Origin: Sphaeroforma arctica JP610
Taxonomy: Eukaryota
NCBI RefSeq assembly: GCF_001186125.1
Contig: NW_014040531.1
Coordinates: 151,744-215,743 of the forward strand
Direction: 5' to 3'
DNA length: 64,000 nt
Positions 46,617 to 59,263 of this stretch are shown here, piece after piece (position 1 is the stretch's first letter; the number at the start of each line of letters is the position of its first letter). Under the pieces are notes generated by a model, which made no database searches, was not told the origin of the DNA, and saw nothing but the letters and a program-made list of their open reading frames with translations. Made by a program: the position numbers and the translations under genes.

Positions 46617-48059
46617 CTACCACGATACCTGCGCCAAACGTTCGGTATACTCGTTGCAATTGCTGTCGGTGCATCCATTGTTCGAAATACTGTAGATATA
46701 ACTCTGATCCGCATCCTGGCCATTTTGTTGGATAGGAATTCCAGTTGTTTTGCGGACTGACCACACTCCGCCCTCCTGGAACCACTCCATCTCATAAACC
46801 TTGAAACCTGAATACACGGCTTGACCGTTCAACGTCCCTTGAGCGCATCCTACAGCATTGTCACACCTTGTGCACTCAAATCCGACGGATGAATCACTGT
46901 GAGCTGCATGACAATCTACACATCTTGAATTCCTTGCCGGTGTGTAGTTATCATTTAAAAAAATAGGTGCAAGCACCATTCGACTGACAGTACTGACAAT
47001 TCGAGTCGACTTCCTTGTTCTTATAACAAACGCAATCGGGGTCTAAGGAATTACACTGGTAGGTACTTTCGCATACTAACAAATCACTGCCGGTTTGCTG
47101 ACAAAGAGGTGGCGTGGTCCTTGCTGTCACCGCACCAACAGACTGGGTGGGCGAAGGAGTACTTGATTGTGAGGACGCTATAGTAGAGTAGTCAAGTCGG
47201 AAGTGGGCGAGGGAGTCGGTTCTTGTGGGGACGGGGTGGGCGACGGAGTCTCTACTGAGGTCGGTTCCGGATATGCGAGCTGATACACAGTTTGTGTTAA
47301 ATCCACACATTGGTTCTCGGCATTGCGCTCGTCCGTGCAACCATTTCTGCCAGGAAGATTGTTAATGTAGTTCTGATCAGTACTCACCGCCACGCCAGTG
47401 GTTTTTCTGATAGACCACAGGCCATTGTTCTGGTACCACTCCATTTCGAAAACATGGAACTCGTTGCTATTCTTAGTTTGGCCGGCCAATGTACCAGTAA
47501 CGCATCCCTTTTCGTTGTCGCACTGTGTGCAAACAAAATCGATCGATGGGATGTTGTGGGCATCCTGGCAATTGATGCAGCGCGACTGATGCACAGGTTT
47601 GTAATTTGTGGATGCCTGATCTATGCATGTATCGCAATAGTTGTAGTGACAATCCTGACACAACGGATCAGTCTCCTTGTTCTTGTGGCAAAAGCATTCC
47701 GGATCCGAACTGGTGCAGCCATAAGACACTTCGCAGCTTGTTAGCTCAGGTTGTTGCTGTAGACACCAAGGGGGTGTAGACGTTGCAGAGGTCGAGTTGG
47801 ATTGTAAAGCCTGACACTGCGTATGCACACGAAGAACCCGTCCGCTACTTACTACTGCACAGGCATCTTGGCTGCAGCAATTCATATCGTAACTCGATTC
47901 GCTCTCCACTTCAGTTTGTTCAGCAGCATCATTGTATGACCTCGACGAGTCGCTGCATGTCCATCCTTTCGCTACTTTCGCTTCCTGGCATACAATGGCG
48001 ATTGCCGCACCTGCGCATGCGAGAATGACGCAATTTCTGTAAAACATTTTCATTGCCAC
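46617..48059 (-). pseudogene. Secreted Cys-rich protein with two tandem homologous domains and a PT/PS linker, interrupted by two frameshifts
   Basis: Signal-peptide-like start, then domain 1 (TPPWC..CEVSYGC..DPECFCHKNKETD..EMEWYQNNGLWSIRKTTG..NGCTD). Domain 2 (TPPLC..CESTYQC..DPDCVCYKNKEVD..EMEWFQEGGVWSVRKTTG..NGCTD) is split over ORFs 46951-47340 and 46617-46979. No introns seen. Confidence 0.75.
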
Positions 48060-49988
48060 CTATCAAACAACAATGGAATACTGAAAAGACGGTGTCGCGA
48101 ACCACCTATATTCATACATATTTTTTAACACAATATTATATATTTTTATAGTGTCAAGTCTGTATTCAAAAAAACAAAATTCTTACAAAAAGCAAAATAA
48201 AAATATTTCTTTTGATTTTTTTTAGTTGTATTTTTTCAAATTAACAAATTTTTAATAAATATGAATATTTTTATTTTTATTGTATATAATTTAGAGTGCT
48301 ATGTTGATATTTACAAATAAATAATATGTTCATTTTAGAGGGCTGTTTAATTTTATGAACAACAGCAAAAAAATATATTGGATGTTGCGACGTTGCGGAC
48401 TTGCGGGCTTGCGGCCCAGCTGGTTTTGTTTCCAAAAATATATATATGTATATTTACTCTTCCAAAGTTCCATTTAGCCATAGCCCTCTAATAAATCGGA
48501 AGGCTATGATATAGCCTACAATTAAATTACAGGAGGGGAGGAGCCTCTGGTGGAGGACACTCACTCTCAAACTCAGGGCAGGTCGGCAGGACTCGCAGCA
48601 GGAGACTCTTTGTTTTGATTTTTTTAGTATTTACATTTTGTCCAAAACAAACTTTTTTGTAAATATTGTTGTTTGTATTTTGTGTTAAAATTACAATACA
48701 AAAACTAAAACTAAAACAGCCAAGTGTTTTTGAAAGCAAATCTTTTTCTTTTCTTTTTAAAAACATCCAGTCGCTGAGAGCCTGAGTCTCTGAGAGCATG
48801 AGAGCCTGGCTGGCTGAGACCCTGAGAGCTGAGACCCTGAGTCCTGATTCCTGAGAGCCGACAGGTTGACTCCGCTGAAACTGGAGTTCAGTTCAGACCA
48901 GAGCTTAATCACAATATGTTACGCTATATACACATATACGGTCAACGTAAAGGTGAATATTTAAAATAAATAAACGATATAACGTTTTGAGGGTCAAATA
49001 TGGTGAATGAAATTTTCACCTATTTCCAACGAAACGGACTACATAGCTCAAATTAACCAATGAGTTTTCAGCAACACTTGCACGTATACCGACCCGTCAA
49101 GTTGGCGGCTATTTCTAGCGCTAAGATTTAAGGACATAATGGAATCATGACATGGCCTCTTGAATGCACCCAGTCATATATGAGATGCTATTTAGTACAT
49201 AAACATTGAACGTAAATGAAGAATAAAATTATTTATAAACGTTGTATCGGAAAACGTTTTCAACTTAGGTTCAGACTCCTTGAGAGTTGAGATTGGGAGG
49301 ATCAAGGTGAATTTTTGAAATATTTTTGTATGTTTTTTGACAGATTTTCATTTGACATGTGGGGGGGTTTTTTTTCAATCCTGACTCTAGGAATGTCTCC
49401 ATAGTATACACAGTAGTATAAACCGTACGGTCAAATTTTATTTATGTTCATTGGTGCAGTATAGGGACATTCCTGACGTCTGACAAGGGAATAGCAAATT
49501 TAATACATATGTAGCAACTACAAAATTTAAAAAAGAGTTGATAATTTTAAATAAAAACAAGCAAACGATTTCCTATTTGGTCTTTTTTAGCAAAATTTAC
49601 AAATAGTTAAAATATGCACTCGTGTGCAGACTGCAGCCACTAACCTCAAACCGTTTTCTGTTAAAATTTTATAAATCGAATAAATATACGTTTACGTTCA
49701 ACTTTATTCCATATGCGGTCTTTTGTATGCTCATAGGTGCACCTTGCGGGTCTAAACATTTTTATGTGTTACGTTTTCACCATATAAACCTGTCCTATTA
49801 AGATCTTAGGTAAGCCTTTCTGACCACGTTATAATCGTTATAACGTTTTAAAAATGAATAAATATGCGTTTACGTTCAACTTCTATTCCGTACCCCCATA
49901 ACGTAATGACTAATGAGCTTAGCTGTAGAGTGCAGGCTGCAGACTGCAGACAGTGCAGACTGCAGACAGTGCAGACTGCAGAAAGCAG

Positions 49989-50312
49989 ACCTAACGTCAA
50001 TAAGTTATACGTAGTGTAGATATATAAGTTTAACGTTAACCGTTATTTTTTTAATATATAAACGGTTTAACTTTTATAAACTCAATATTATATGGTCGAA
50101 ATCGTGGATTTTGTACTTCAGAACTACACTTATATTCAACTTATCCGACACGTATATATATATATATTGAAGCAAATTTAGGACAAAATATATGACCTAG
50201 AAAACTGCACCTGAACAATATCGGTTGTTGTATATACGATATAAAAGTTGAACTTTAACCGTTATTTTTTCAAACTATAAACGGTTTAACGTAACCCTTT
50301 TTGACGTTAGGT
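49989..50312. mobile_element. 324-bp MITE-like unit with 12-bp terminal inverted repeats
   Basis: ACCTAACGTCAA at 49989-50000 and TTGACGTTAGGT at 50301-50312, with GCAG directly flanking both ends. Internal direct repeat TAACCGTTATTTTTT..TATAAACGGTTTAAC. Confidence 0.5.
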
Positions 50313-53300
50313 GCAGACTGCAAGTGCAGCCTGCAAGTGCAGCCTGCAGCGTGTAATCCGTTGATTCACAAATGGTTTATTTGGACTATTAGCAAACTAA
50401 ACTAGTTATCGCTCAAACCTTAGTGACCTAGTAGTGAATGATAATAATAAATAAGTGAACCCCGAGATCACGGGTCCCGAATAATATAGAAGTATCAAGC
50501 CCTGCTGATGATTCTATCTATACCCTTATTTCAGAATAATTCATTCTGATTGGCACAATATTCGAGTCGTCTTGGTACTTGCGGTATACATAGAGAGTAT
50601 ATGATAATATGTACAGTACAACGTAAAAACTTTACTGAAAATATTGTACATATAGTCATATACACCAGAATACATGTATATACAATTAAAATTATATTTT
50701 TGTAAAAGCAAAAGTCACTATGTAAATAAAAGCATAATGTGCAGTTTTCAAATTGGTTTGAACACCGATTTTAGCTAAATCGGTAGCAAATTTTCACCAT
50801 GCTTTTTTTATCACTTTTCCGCTATTCAACATTATAACATGTTCAATGCGTCAAAAGTTAGGTGAGCTAGTTTCATGGCCAACCATGTTTCTCCTTTGTA
50901 TATGACTCTAAGCGTATTAGCACAGTCGCTTGTAAGGCGCGAGACTCAATACATCAACCATTTGTATGTTTTGAATGGTTAAGAAATATTATCTATGCGT
51001 TTTGATTAGGTTATAAATTCTCAAATTTGATTGTTTTGAGATAAAGGGCCTCGAAAGGCTCTAGCAGTATATTTATCCCCTCAGGGCCCACATTGGTGAC
51101 AGGGATCCCATGTCTTAATTCATGAAATGTAGTCAATCAAATTACAGGGATATCCATGAGAATGTCAACTTTAACGCCTGCAACTTTTCGTTTGTCCAAC
51201 GGATGCCTAGCGGAAATGTTCGAAAAATAGATTTGGCAGATTTTCGCTCCATGTGCTACAGGTTTACGTAAATCGGTGTGTCAAAAGAAATATTTGGAAG
51301 CGAGTTTTAAAATCGCTCGAGTTTTGACACGGATGTTTTTGGACATGTATACAATTGTGGATGCATCATTCTGGTTTGTATGCATGTAAAAATAAATGCA
51401 TGCACGTTTGCAAGCACGCATGCCAAAATGCATGAATGAATTCAAAACGGCATGCATTTCAATTCATTCATGCATTTTGGCTCGCATGCATGCATGCATG
51501 CATTAAAAACGGTCTGCCTGCCTGCTTGCATGCATGCATGTTCATGCATGCGCGCATGCGCGCATGTCTATCGTCGTCATCGTAGTGTAAATCCTACACG
51601 TCCTCCTCTGATTCCAAAAGCTGATCAGCAGTTGAATCCAGCTCATTGGTATCCGTAGTTTCTTGTGTGTATGATAGGTGTGTTACAGATATAATCAGTG
51701 TTACAGTTCGCGTCACTCAACACCGATTATATCACCAGTCCACCTTGAACCCGGAGACTCTCCGAGTTCCAAAAAAAATACCAAAAAATATTTTTTGAAA
51801 TCCGGAGATTCTCCGACCTAAATCGGGCCTTAAAATGGGTCGAGTGCCACGATCCTTAGCAGTAGGATATTCCAATATGTTTCGCACGCGATTTCAAGAA
51901 AAAGGAAAACTGTCTATTGCTCCCGACGACAGTTTTTCGGTAGGCCTGCTAGTTCTATACCTTTAAGACGCCTTGTAAATCACCTCATTTCACTTGTATT
52001 TTCATCAAAATCATGATAATTTCTAAATCGGATCTGTTGCAATACTCAAGACCTAAATTATAATCATCAAAAATTCTAAATCTAAATAAAAAATTGGCCA
52101 GAAGAGAAATAAAAAAAGGCCAAAATATAGCCAATAAGAGTCTTGGAATAATATTTCAAATTAGGAATTGAGAAGTCGGAGAATCTCCGACTTAATTTAT
52201 GACTCATCATCTCCTGACTTTGTACCGGTAGTGGGTCATGTCAAAATAATTACTCCTAGAGCGAGCCGTAAATGCCAATAAAGCTCAAAAAATGGACAAC
52301 ATTCCCTGAACAGATCAGTTCCGATGTGATGCTGAACCTCCGAAAATATTGGACTATTAGAGGAGATTTAGAAAATGCGGCGAATGGCACTGTATTCACT
52401 ATGTATTTTTTCCATAAAACCAGGGCAACTTGGGCCCTCATATGAGTATATCTTGCCGACTCTGAATACAGCCTATATTTGGAGTAATATTATTTTGGCG
52501 GTTCGATTTTGATCTAAATCTCTCACAAATAAATAAAAATCATATTTACTACACTCCTGTTTCCCTGACCCCGACGATCTTACGTGTGCACATAATATAC
52601 ACACACGCAACCACTTGAATTTCACTTGCCTTAATTACTAATACAACAGCATACAACATTGTAGCGAGCTACTCCACACTAGGTTATTGTTATGTAGGAA
52701 GAGGCATTAATAGTGTGACACGCACGAGATCAAAGACACCATGTCGAGTGAGTATGGATACTCAAGAGCTTGGACGGCGATCGCTTCAAGGAGGGAATCC
52801 TTCCAGGCGGCGAATATGACGGCGTTGACCTATAGAAGCTTGTCAAACGCAGCCCTTACAGGAAATATAGAAATCGTCGAGGAACACTGAAGTCATTGCG
52901 AGGTGCTCGGGATCGAATCCTTGGCTGTAAGTTCTGAATTGAGATGCTTGGATTCGGATAATCTAGACGTAAGGTTTCAAGGCATGCAGTTGGTACGATA
53001 GAAGGGTATGTTGATGTAATGAATTTTCGAAAATTAATTTTGTACAGTGATAATTGTATGCTCGGTCTTTTCACAGTGCCACAAATATGTGTGTTTCTAC
53101 AAATTGAATTTGTGATCCATACTGCTTCGTAACTAACCAATATTCAATCAAACTTGGCACACTGTTACTGAACAAATATCACGAATATGTGTATGCTCAT
53201 ATATATATATAGCATCGATGTTAGTGTCACTGCTGTGCGTGCTCTTGTTACTAGGGATCAACGAACTTATCGCCTCTAAATCAATATTCATTTAGATTAT

Positions 53301-54950
53301 AGCTACACACAGCAGATCTGTAAAGTGCGGATTATAAACTACTCAGCTTGCACTAGTCACTGCTGCAAATATCTATCACTATGCTTAGTGTAGTCAGACA
53401 CAACCCTGACAATTTATAGCCATATGTGCTATCTGATTTAATTACCACAAGAGAACTTACAGCGTTGTGAAGATCTCTTCCGTCGATTTGATAAAACAAG
53501 ATGTATTCGTGTACTCGTAGTCGACAATATTGTACAACAAGTCTTGTTATATTACGTGGTAATCTGACACTGATTTGTATCTTTCTGTGATTACTGCAGT
53601 AAAAAAAATACGTAATTGAATTATAAATTTCTTACAATATACTAGAGTAGCATTTCACACGACACTGTATTGTACTTGTGTGTAATCGAAACGCACCTAC
53701 TACATAAATACACACAACTTGCTGTATGCGACTTACATATTGTGAACTCTAATCGTTACAGTAATCCGCATAATAACTATAAACGTATCCTTATTCTACT
53801 ATAAATATCTGCTCGCTGATGCCGTAGTGTGATGTGAATATCTAAATTTCGCTCACTTACTTTAGAATGAATATGTAAAGTGAAATACTACTCATCACAA
53901 TTGACACCGCGACACTGCACACACACGCACACTCTTTTGTCCCTTGCTATACAGACAAGATACATCCAGCTACAAATGTAATGATGTGCTTACAATACTT
54001 TCGCCTCTGTACGTATCGTTTTTTCAGGTGTGAGTTCAATGTTGTAAATATGTTTTTTTTTTGTCCGGCAAATACAGTGATACTATTTTAGTACAGTGGC
54101 ATTTTTTACACATGTATATTTAAATTACTAAATTTTTGCAGATTAAATATTGGTGATTTATGCATACGCTATGTAGTAGAGTAGTATGTGCCTGAACTGA
54201 CTATCCGATGAGATACATGTATATAGCAAACTGTGGGTGCACTCAGATTGTGTCTATTTATGTACTTCAGAGTTCTTCCTGTAATATGATATTGACCATC
54301 GCGATTTAGTAGAGTACACATGACTATAATACCCTTCTTTATACTGGTGACTGTACAACATCGATACATTATCATCTGAGATGTATCTTGAAATTGAAGA
54401 CACCACATAAACACACCTAGCTTGCTATCCGAGATTGTGGCCTATTATACTAAAGTTCGGTGTGCCACTTATTTGAGACACTACTGTCTGTCTACCGGAT
54501 CATTTATAGTGCTTGACTTGTCTATCAGTAATGAAACACAAGTCTCCTCGGAAACTTAATATTGTTTCAAAATCATTACCACATACAAAAACACAGCCAT
54601 ATATGAGGGGTACTCTACAGCTCTATATGGCACATAATGGGATAATGCGTATATATAAGCCTGTTTGTTTCATTCCTTACGCAATCAAGTATCTTCACCC
54701 ATACATTATAATTCGATGCCCAAGGGAAACACCATTGCAACATTAGGTTCACAATTGTTTCTTTTTTTCCATATCCGACTAAAGATTAATGGTATTACTG
54801 TAAAATTAGGTGTGCCTGTGCACTTTACATGTCGAGTGGCCATCTATACTGATCGGGATTTGTCCTCAGCGGGTAGGTCCGTATAGTGAAGACTATAAAG
54901 ATGTTGTCACACACAATATCGCTATTTCTTCCTATCGATTACATTACCAG

Positions 54951-55497
54951 CAATCAACACTGGCAACGAAGTCAAGAGACGTCTATCATCCATGTCAGAA
55001 CGACCCGACACCAAGCCAATGCCTCTATTCCGCGGAGTTGATACCAATGATGACCAAAGTGAGGACGAAGAGGAAAACCCTTCGCCATTCCACAACGATC
55101 TCGCGACACGACATATTGTGTTTTACAACCCCAAATCCCGCTGTCGAGATCTGGTGCTGCTCGTAATGGTCCCGTGGGGGATGACGATGGATAATTTCGA
55201 GCCATACAATTTAATGACGATGCCAATGAGGCCACTATCGAGTATGAGATGGATAGTGAATGGGCTAGTATGAGTAACCACCATCCTGCAAACGATAAGG
55301 ACGGAGCCTGGCGCGATATATTTCAGGCTCATGTGTACGTGGACAATGAGATGACTCGGAGCTCTTCGGAAGTAGATGCACCTATATGGTGCTCAATGAG
55401 GATTGATCTCCCTTTCGCCGTATACACACGCCCGGAGCACTACAAAACTCAGGAGATGAAAAAGGTGGTGTTGTTTATGCTGTTGCTTGGACTTTGA
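54951..55497 (+). pseudogene. Transposon cargo gene A, unknown function, one frameshift near 55200
   Basis: AG acceptor at 54950, acidic stretch (DTNDDQSEDEEEN), then RHIVFYNP..DLVLLVMVPWGMTMDNF. After a -1 shift it reads QFNDDANEATIEYEMDSEW...CSMRIDLPFAVYTRP. Protein-like composition on both sides of the shift. Confidence 0.5.
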
Positions 55498-57753
55498 TGG
55501 AAGCTGTAGTCATCGTGTCAACCAGCAACCGGGAGGAACGACTCATGCTTTCGGTGACATGAAACATACTCTGCTTCCTCTCTAGCGCAGATGTAAGCGA
55601 GTAGGAGTTTGGTATAATAAACCAAGTCGCAACGGGTGTTTGGGTTCTCGCCTTTGCTGATAGATATTCATGTATTGGAGATGTATTTTGTTTAGACTCT
55701 GCGTTGCTTAGTAGGCGTGACATTTTGATGTGCGTGTCGATATAAATACAGTGCTGATTTGTAACCACATAAACGTAGAGGTATCGAGATATCATAAATA
55801 CATACGTCATTCAAAGGCACTACATATGGCAAACCTTGCCGTGCTAACCGAAGTACTCTGACACAAATTGAGCTCTCCGCGCAACACTAAGGTATGTTTT
55901 TTTATACTTTTATATGAAAATCAAGCTGTGAATGTTATCAAAGTCACAGGAAATCACCCTTTGAACATGTACACTTTCAATTGTTGTCGCGTTCCCTATA
56001 TAAATATATGCTGGTATATCATAGTGTTTGAGGTTTCAATCTTTGCGGCGAATGAATATGTATACACCTAGACTGACAGCCATATGTTTGAACGTGCAGT
56101 TCGTAGTGCACATATAACTAAGTGTGCATAGTGTGTTGGAGAGCTTATCTAGTATTATGCATACTGAAATCGCATGCACGCTCCATCGGCTATGCATCTC
56201 TAGTAGCTGAACCTTGCATGTCAATACCTATCACGTATACCAGCTACGGGCTGAATAAATATGTCTCTGTGTACAAGTATTGCCGATGTGTGCTGCTACA
56301 GATAGTGAATATCCCAACCAAACATGAAGCGGCGCCGTCGTGTACACTATAATGCATCACGTTCTGTTTCCAGTTTTGGGCTGGGCTGTGCGCGCGTGAC
56401 CATATGGATTTATTGCTTGGCATATATCAATCAATTCTGGCATATGGGTGTGAAATGTGCCATAATTATTCTCAGTGTGCACTAGTCGTGCTTCGGTTGT
56501 GGCTTTCTTGTCCATAAAGCTCCAGTCGTGCGTACTTGCGAGACGCGCCAAAACACGCCAAAACGCGTCAAAACGCGCCAAAGCGTGCCCTGGTAAGGTA
56601 TTTGTTTCAGTGTTTTATCAGCAAAATATACAATTCCACTGTAAAACCCACCGTATACCCCAACTAGACATCCTACACGACAATACTGTTGGAGGAAAGC
56701 GTCGAATTTCCGGTTGGACTTTTTATTAATAAGGTGTTGTGTCTAATAGATCGCACCTACAGCACCTATATCAACTGGGGCTCCGATAACATCGGTAAAT
56801 AAACTCTAAAGGATACCCTCACGGTGGGGTTTCGATTCTATTGCTCTCCGCACTCGGCAAAATGACTATACATATGGCAACTAAAGGTCACAATGGTGTG
56901 TGCGTGCTTGTATATAGCCCATGTGTATTCTCTGACAGTATTCATTGTAGTTGTTACCACTTTAGATGTTGCTTCCTTGTTCTGACTTAAGTAGAATCGT
57001 TTATGCACGTCTTGTTATTCCCTACTGTAATGCCGTTGGATACATAAGTCATACGTATACGTGCACCATTGCGACTACGGTGTGTATTTGCTCACATTCG
57101 ACAAGTCTTCATCAAACCGACTAGTGATTGGGAAGTATGATATAGAGCCCTGCCCTCCATTCACCTACCAGATTATCTCTTAAGGGTTACATTGTGTATA
57201 GGCTAGCGATGTGCGTACACATGGGGCCATGATGGATAATAATCTCTTCGTTGAAGTTTAGATAGTATGATATTTTTTGTATGACGTGAGCTGGTATTGC
57301 ATATACTTATTTATTGAGTTTATGTATACTATCGTATTGTGTGCTTATGAAATAGTATGAATGTTGTCCTGTTAGATATGGCGCTAGAATATATGATGAG
57401 CTTATATGGTGTAGCTTACAGTTGTGTACAGCTGTGCGGTTCTATGTAGATCAGCCTACAGTTAGAGGGGAGCACTACATCGACAATCTGTATATCGTTC
57501 TCTACAGTTTTGTATAGTATGTAGTAGCACGTATTCAATACGGCGTACCTTAATGATGAGAACATGTGCACACACACGTGATTTATTGAAATCCATATTT
57601 CTGTGTTTATTGAAATTTATAGTCGAATAGTTACCTAGCTGTATGTATACATTATGCATAATCACGATATAGTCGTCTGTATCCTTTATATAATGTGTTG
57701 TATCTATACATGATGCCCCTACTCTGTACAGAGCTGGGTGCGCACTCATAACA

Positions 57754-58542
57754 TCAGTGTTGCCGGGTGAGAGTTGATGTAAGCCTGTCGGCCTGGTCGA
57801 CCTTCTCCACTGCGTCTTCTGTGAATGTGATAACCAGGCCGATTTCCTCTTTCTTTGGATTCAGAAGTATTTGTATGTCCATACATTTTGGTAAAGAAAT
57901 AACTTTGAATGGTAAATGTACACTCATTGTAGCTCGCACGGACTCGCGCCCCCCCCCCCCAAAAATTCCTGTCGTAGTTTTGCATTCACGAGTGTGAGCT
58001 GTACCTTAAACGCAGCTCTCACCTCTTTTCTTGGTGTATCGTCCTGCGTTACGTAAACGTGCAGCTCTATGAATGCAGTGGGAATCTTGTGTGTGAAGCT
58101 AAATGAAGTGGCTCTGCGACTATACTCCAGAGGGCTGAAATCAGCAAGTGTCTGCGTAGCCATAAATTGAATGCGCACTGCTACCATTCTATACTTCGTA
58201 GTCGGAGTGTGGTTTCCACCAGTCTATAATTTAGAGAAAGCTCTGTATTTCTGAGGAATGTGCGCACAAACTCGCGCGCTTTGGCCTCTTGTTTGCCCGA
58301 TATAATCTTTACACCGTTGACACTGGTTGCTGCCATTTTAGTGCGCACTGGTTGTTGTATGTCCTTGAATTGTCGTGTTGTGGCTGGACTTTCTTCTTCC
58401 TGAAACGGCGCACCCTCATCGTCGTCAATATCCTCTTCCGAAGGGGGCTCACGGTTTTCTGCAAAAAAAATTCTTGGCCCGTTCTCGAAAAGCAACCTGC
58501 CTCTGACCGAGTGGGCTGTCGCTTAGAAGACTTCCGTGTCAT
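57754..58542 (-). pseudogene. Transposon cargo gene B, unknown function, divergent from the transposase, several frameshifts or stops
   Basis: Overlapping ORF pieces MTRKSSKRQ.. / ENREPPSEEDIDDDEG.. / LADFSPLEYSRRATSFSFTHKIP.. / SVHLPFKVISLP..EIGLVITFTED. Two of the breaks fall at homopolymers (A8 near 58463-58470, C run near 57949-57960). Confidence 0.5.
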
Positions 58543-59263
58543 GGTCCTAAAACTAGTGCAATCAATAATCACAACAACAAATCAGTATACGTGTACACAC
58601 AACCCTTAGTAATCATTAGGTTTGTGTGATCTTACAGCATTATTGCACGTATACGATGGTTGTAGAATTTGCAATTAGTACTAACATAACTCGATGAAGG
58701 ATACACACCCGAATGCTGATGACCAGGGATCGTTTGAACTGGATACGGATCCAGTAACTTGCGCGAGTGCGTTTGTAAGATGTTCCGTACGCAACTGTTT
58801 AAAGGTGAATATTGTTGAAGGTTATGAAGCTCTGAACGCCCTGAACTTAGGAAAAGTCAAGTGGCCACTAAAATCAATACAATACTGACTTATGATTACT
58901 AGGAGATTGAGACGCGGTAATTCGTACCAATGAAATTTGAGAGAACATCAGTTGCGACTTGCGTGTCATCGGTTTAATTTGAAATTTGTATCAATGGATT
59001 CAAATCCTCAGACCAGACCTCTCTTCATAAATTCCCCAACTGCGTACCCCTAAACTATAAATACTACAAATTCAGACAGTTTTGTACGCGCTGCAACACA
59101 TTTTACCTCAGAGCAAGCATAGGCTTATGATACAGGACTACGTTTTCAATACATACGATATACACAGAATTGTGCATACTTTGTGACTCTCACCTACATT
59201 GTCTGGATCTCTATTTGAATTATGACATCTGTGACCACTATTAAATAAACAGCTCTCCGCTAC

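Noticed and set aside
46951..46970. Canonical -1 programmed frameshift at the T TTT TTT AAA slippery-like site
   Set aside because: The downstream frame needs +1 rather than -1, and I saw no stimulatory structure.
51733..51740. CACTA/Transib classification from the CAC terminus
   Set aside because: The terminus is CACCA, no 3- or 5-bp direct TSD is evident, and the enclosed transposase has Harbinger-type motifs.
56357..56585. Minus-strand 74-aa ORF inside the transposon with a (CGCCAAAA) repeat
   Set aside because: Its start derives from a 10-bp repeat and no family is recognisable. It could be a decayed exon but is unsupported.
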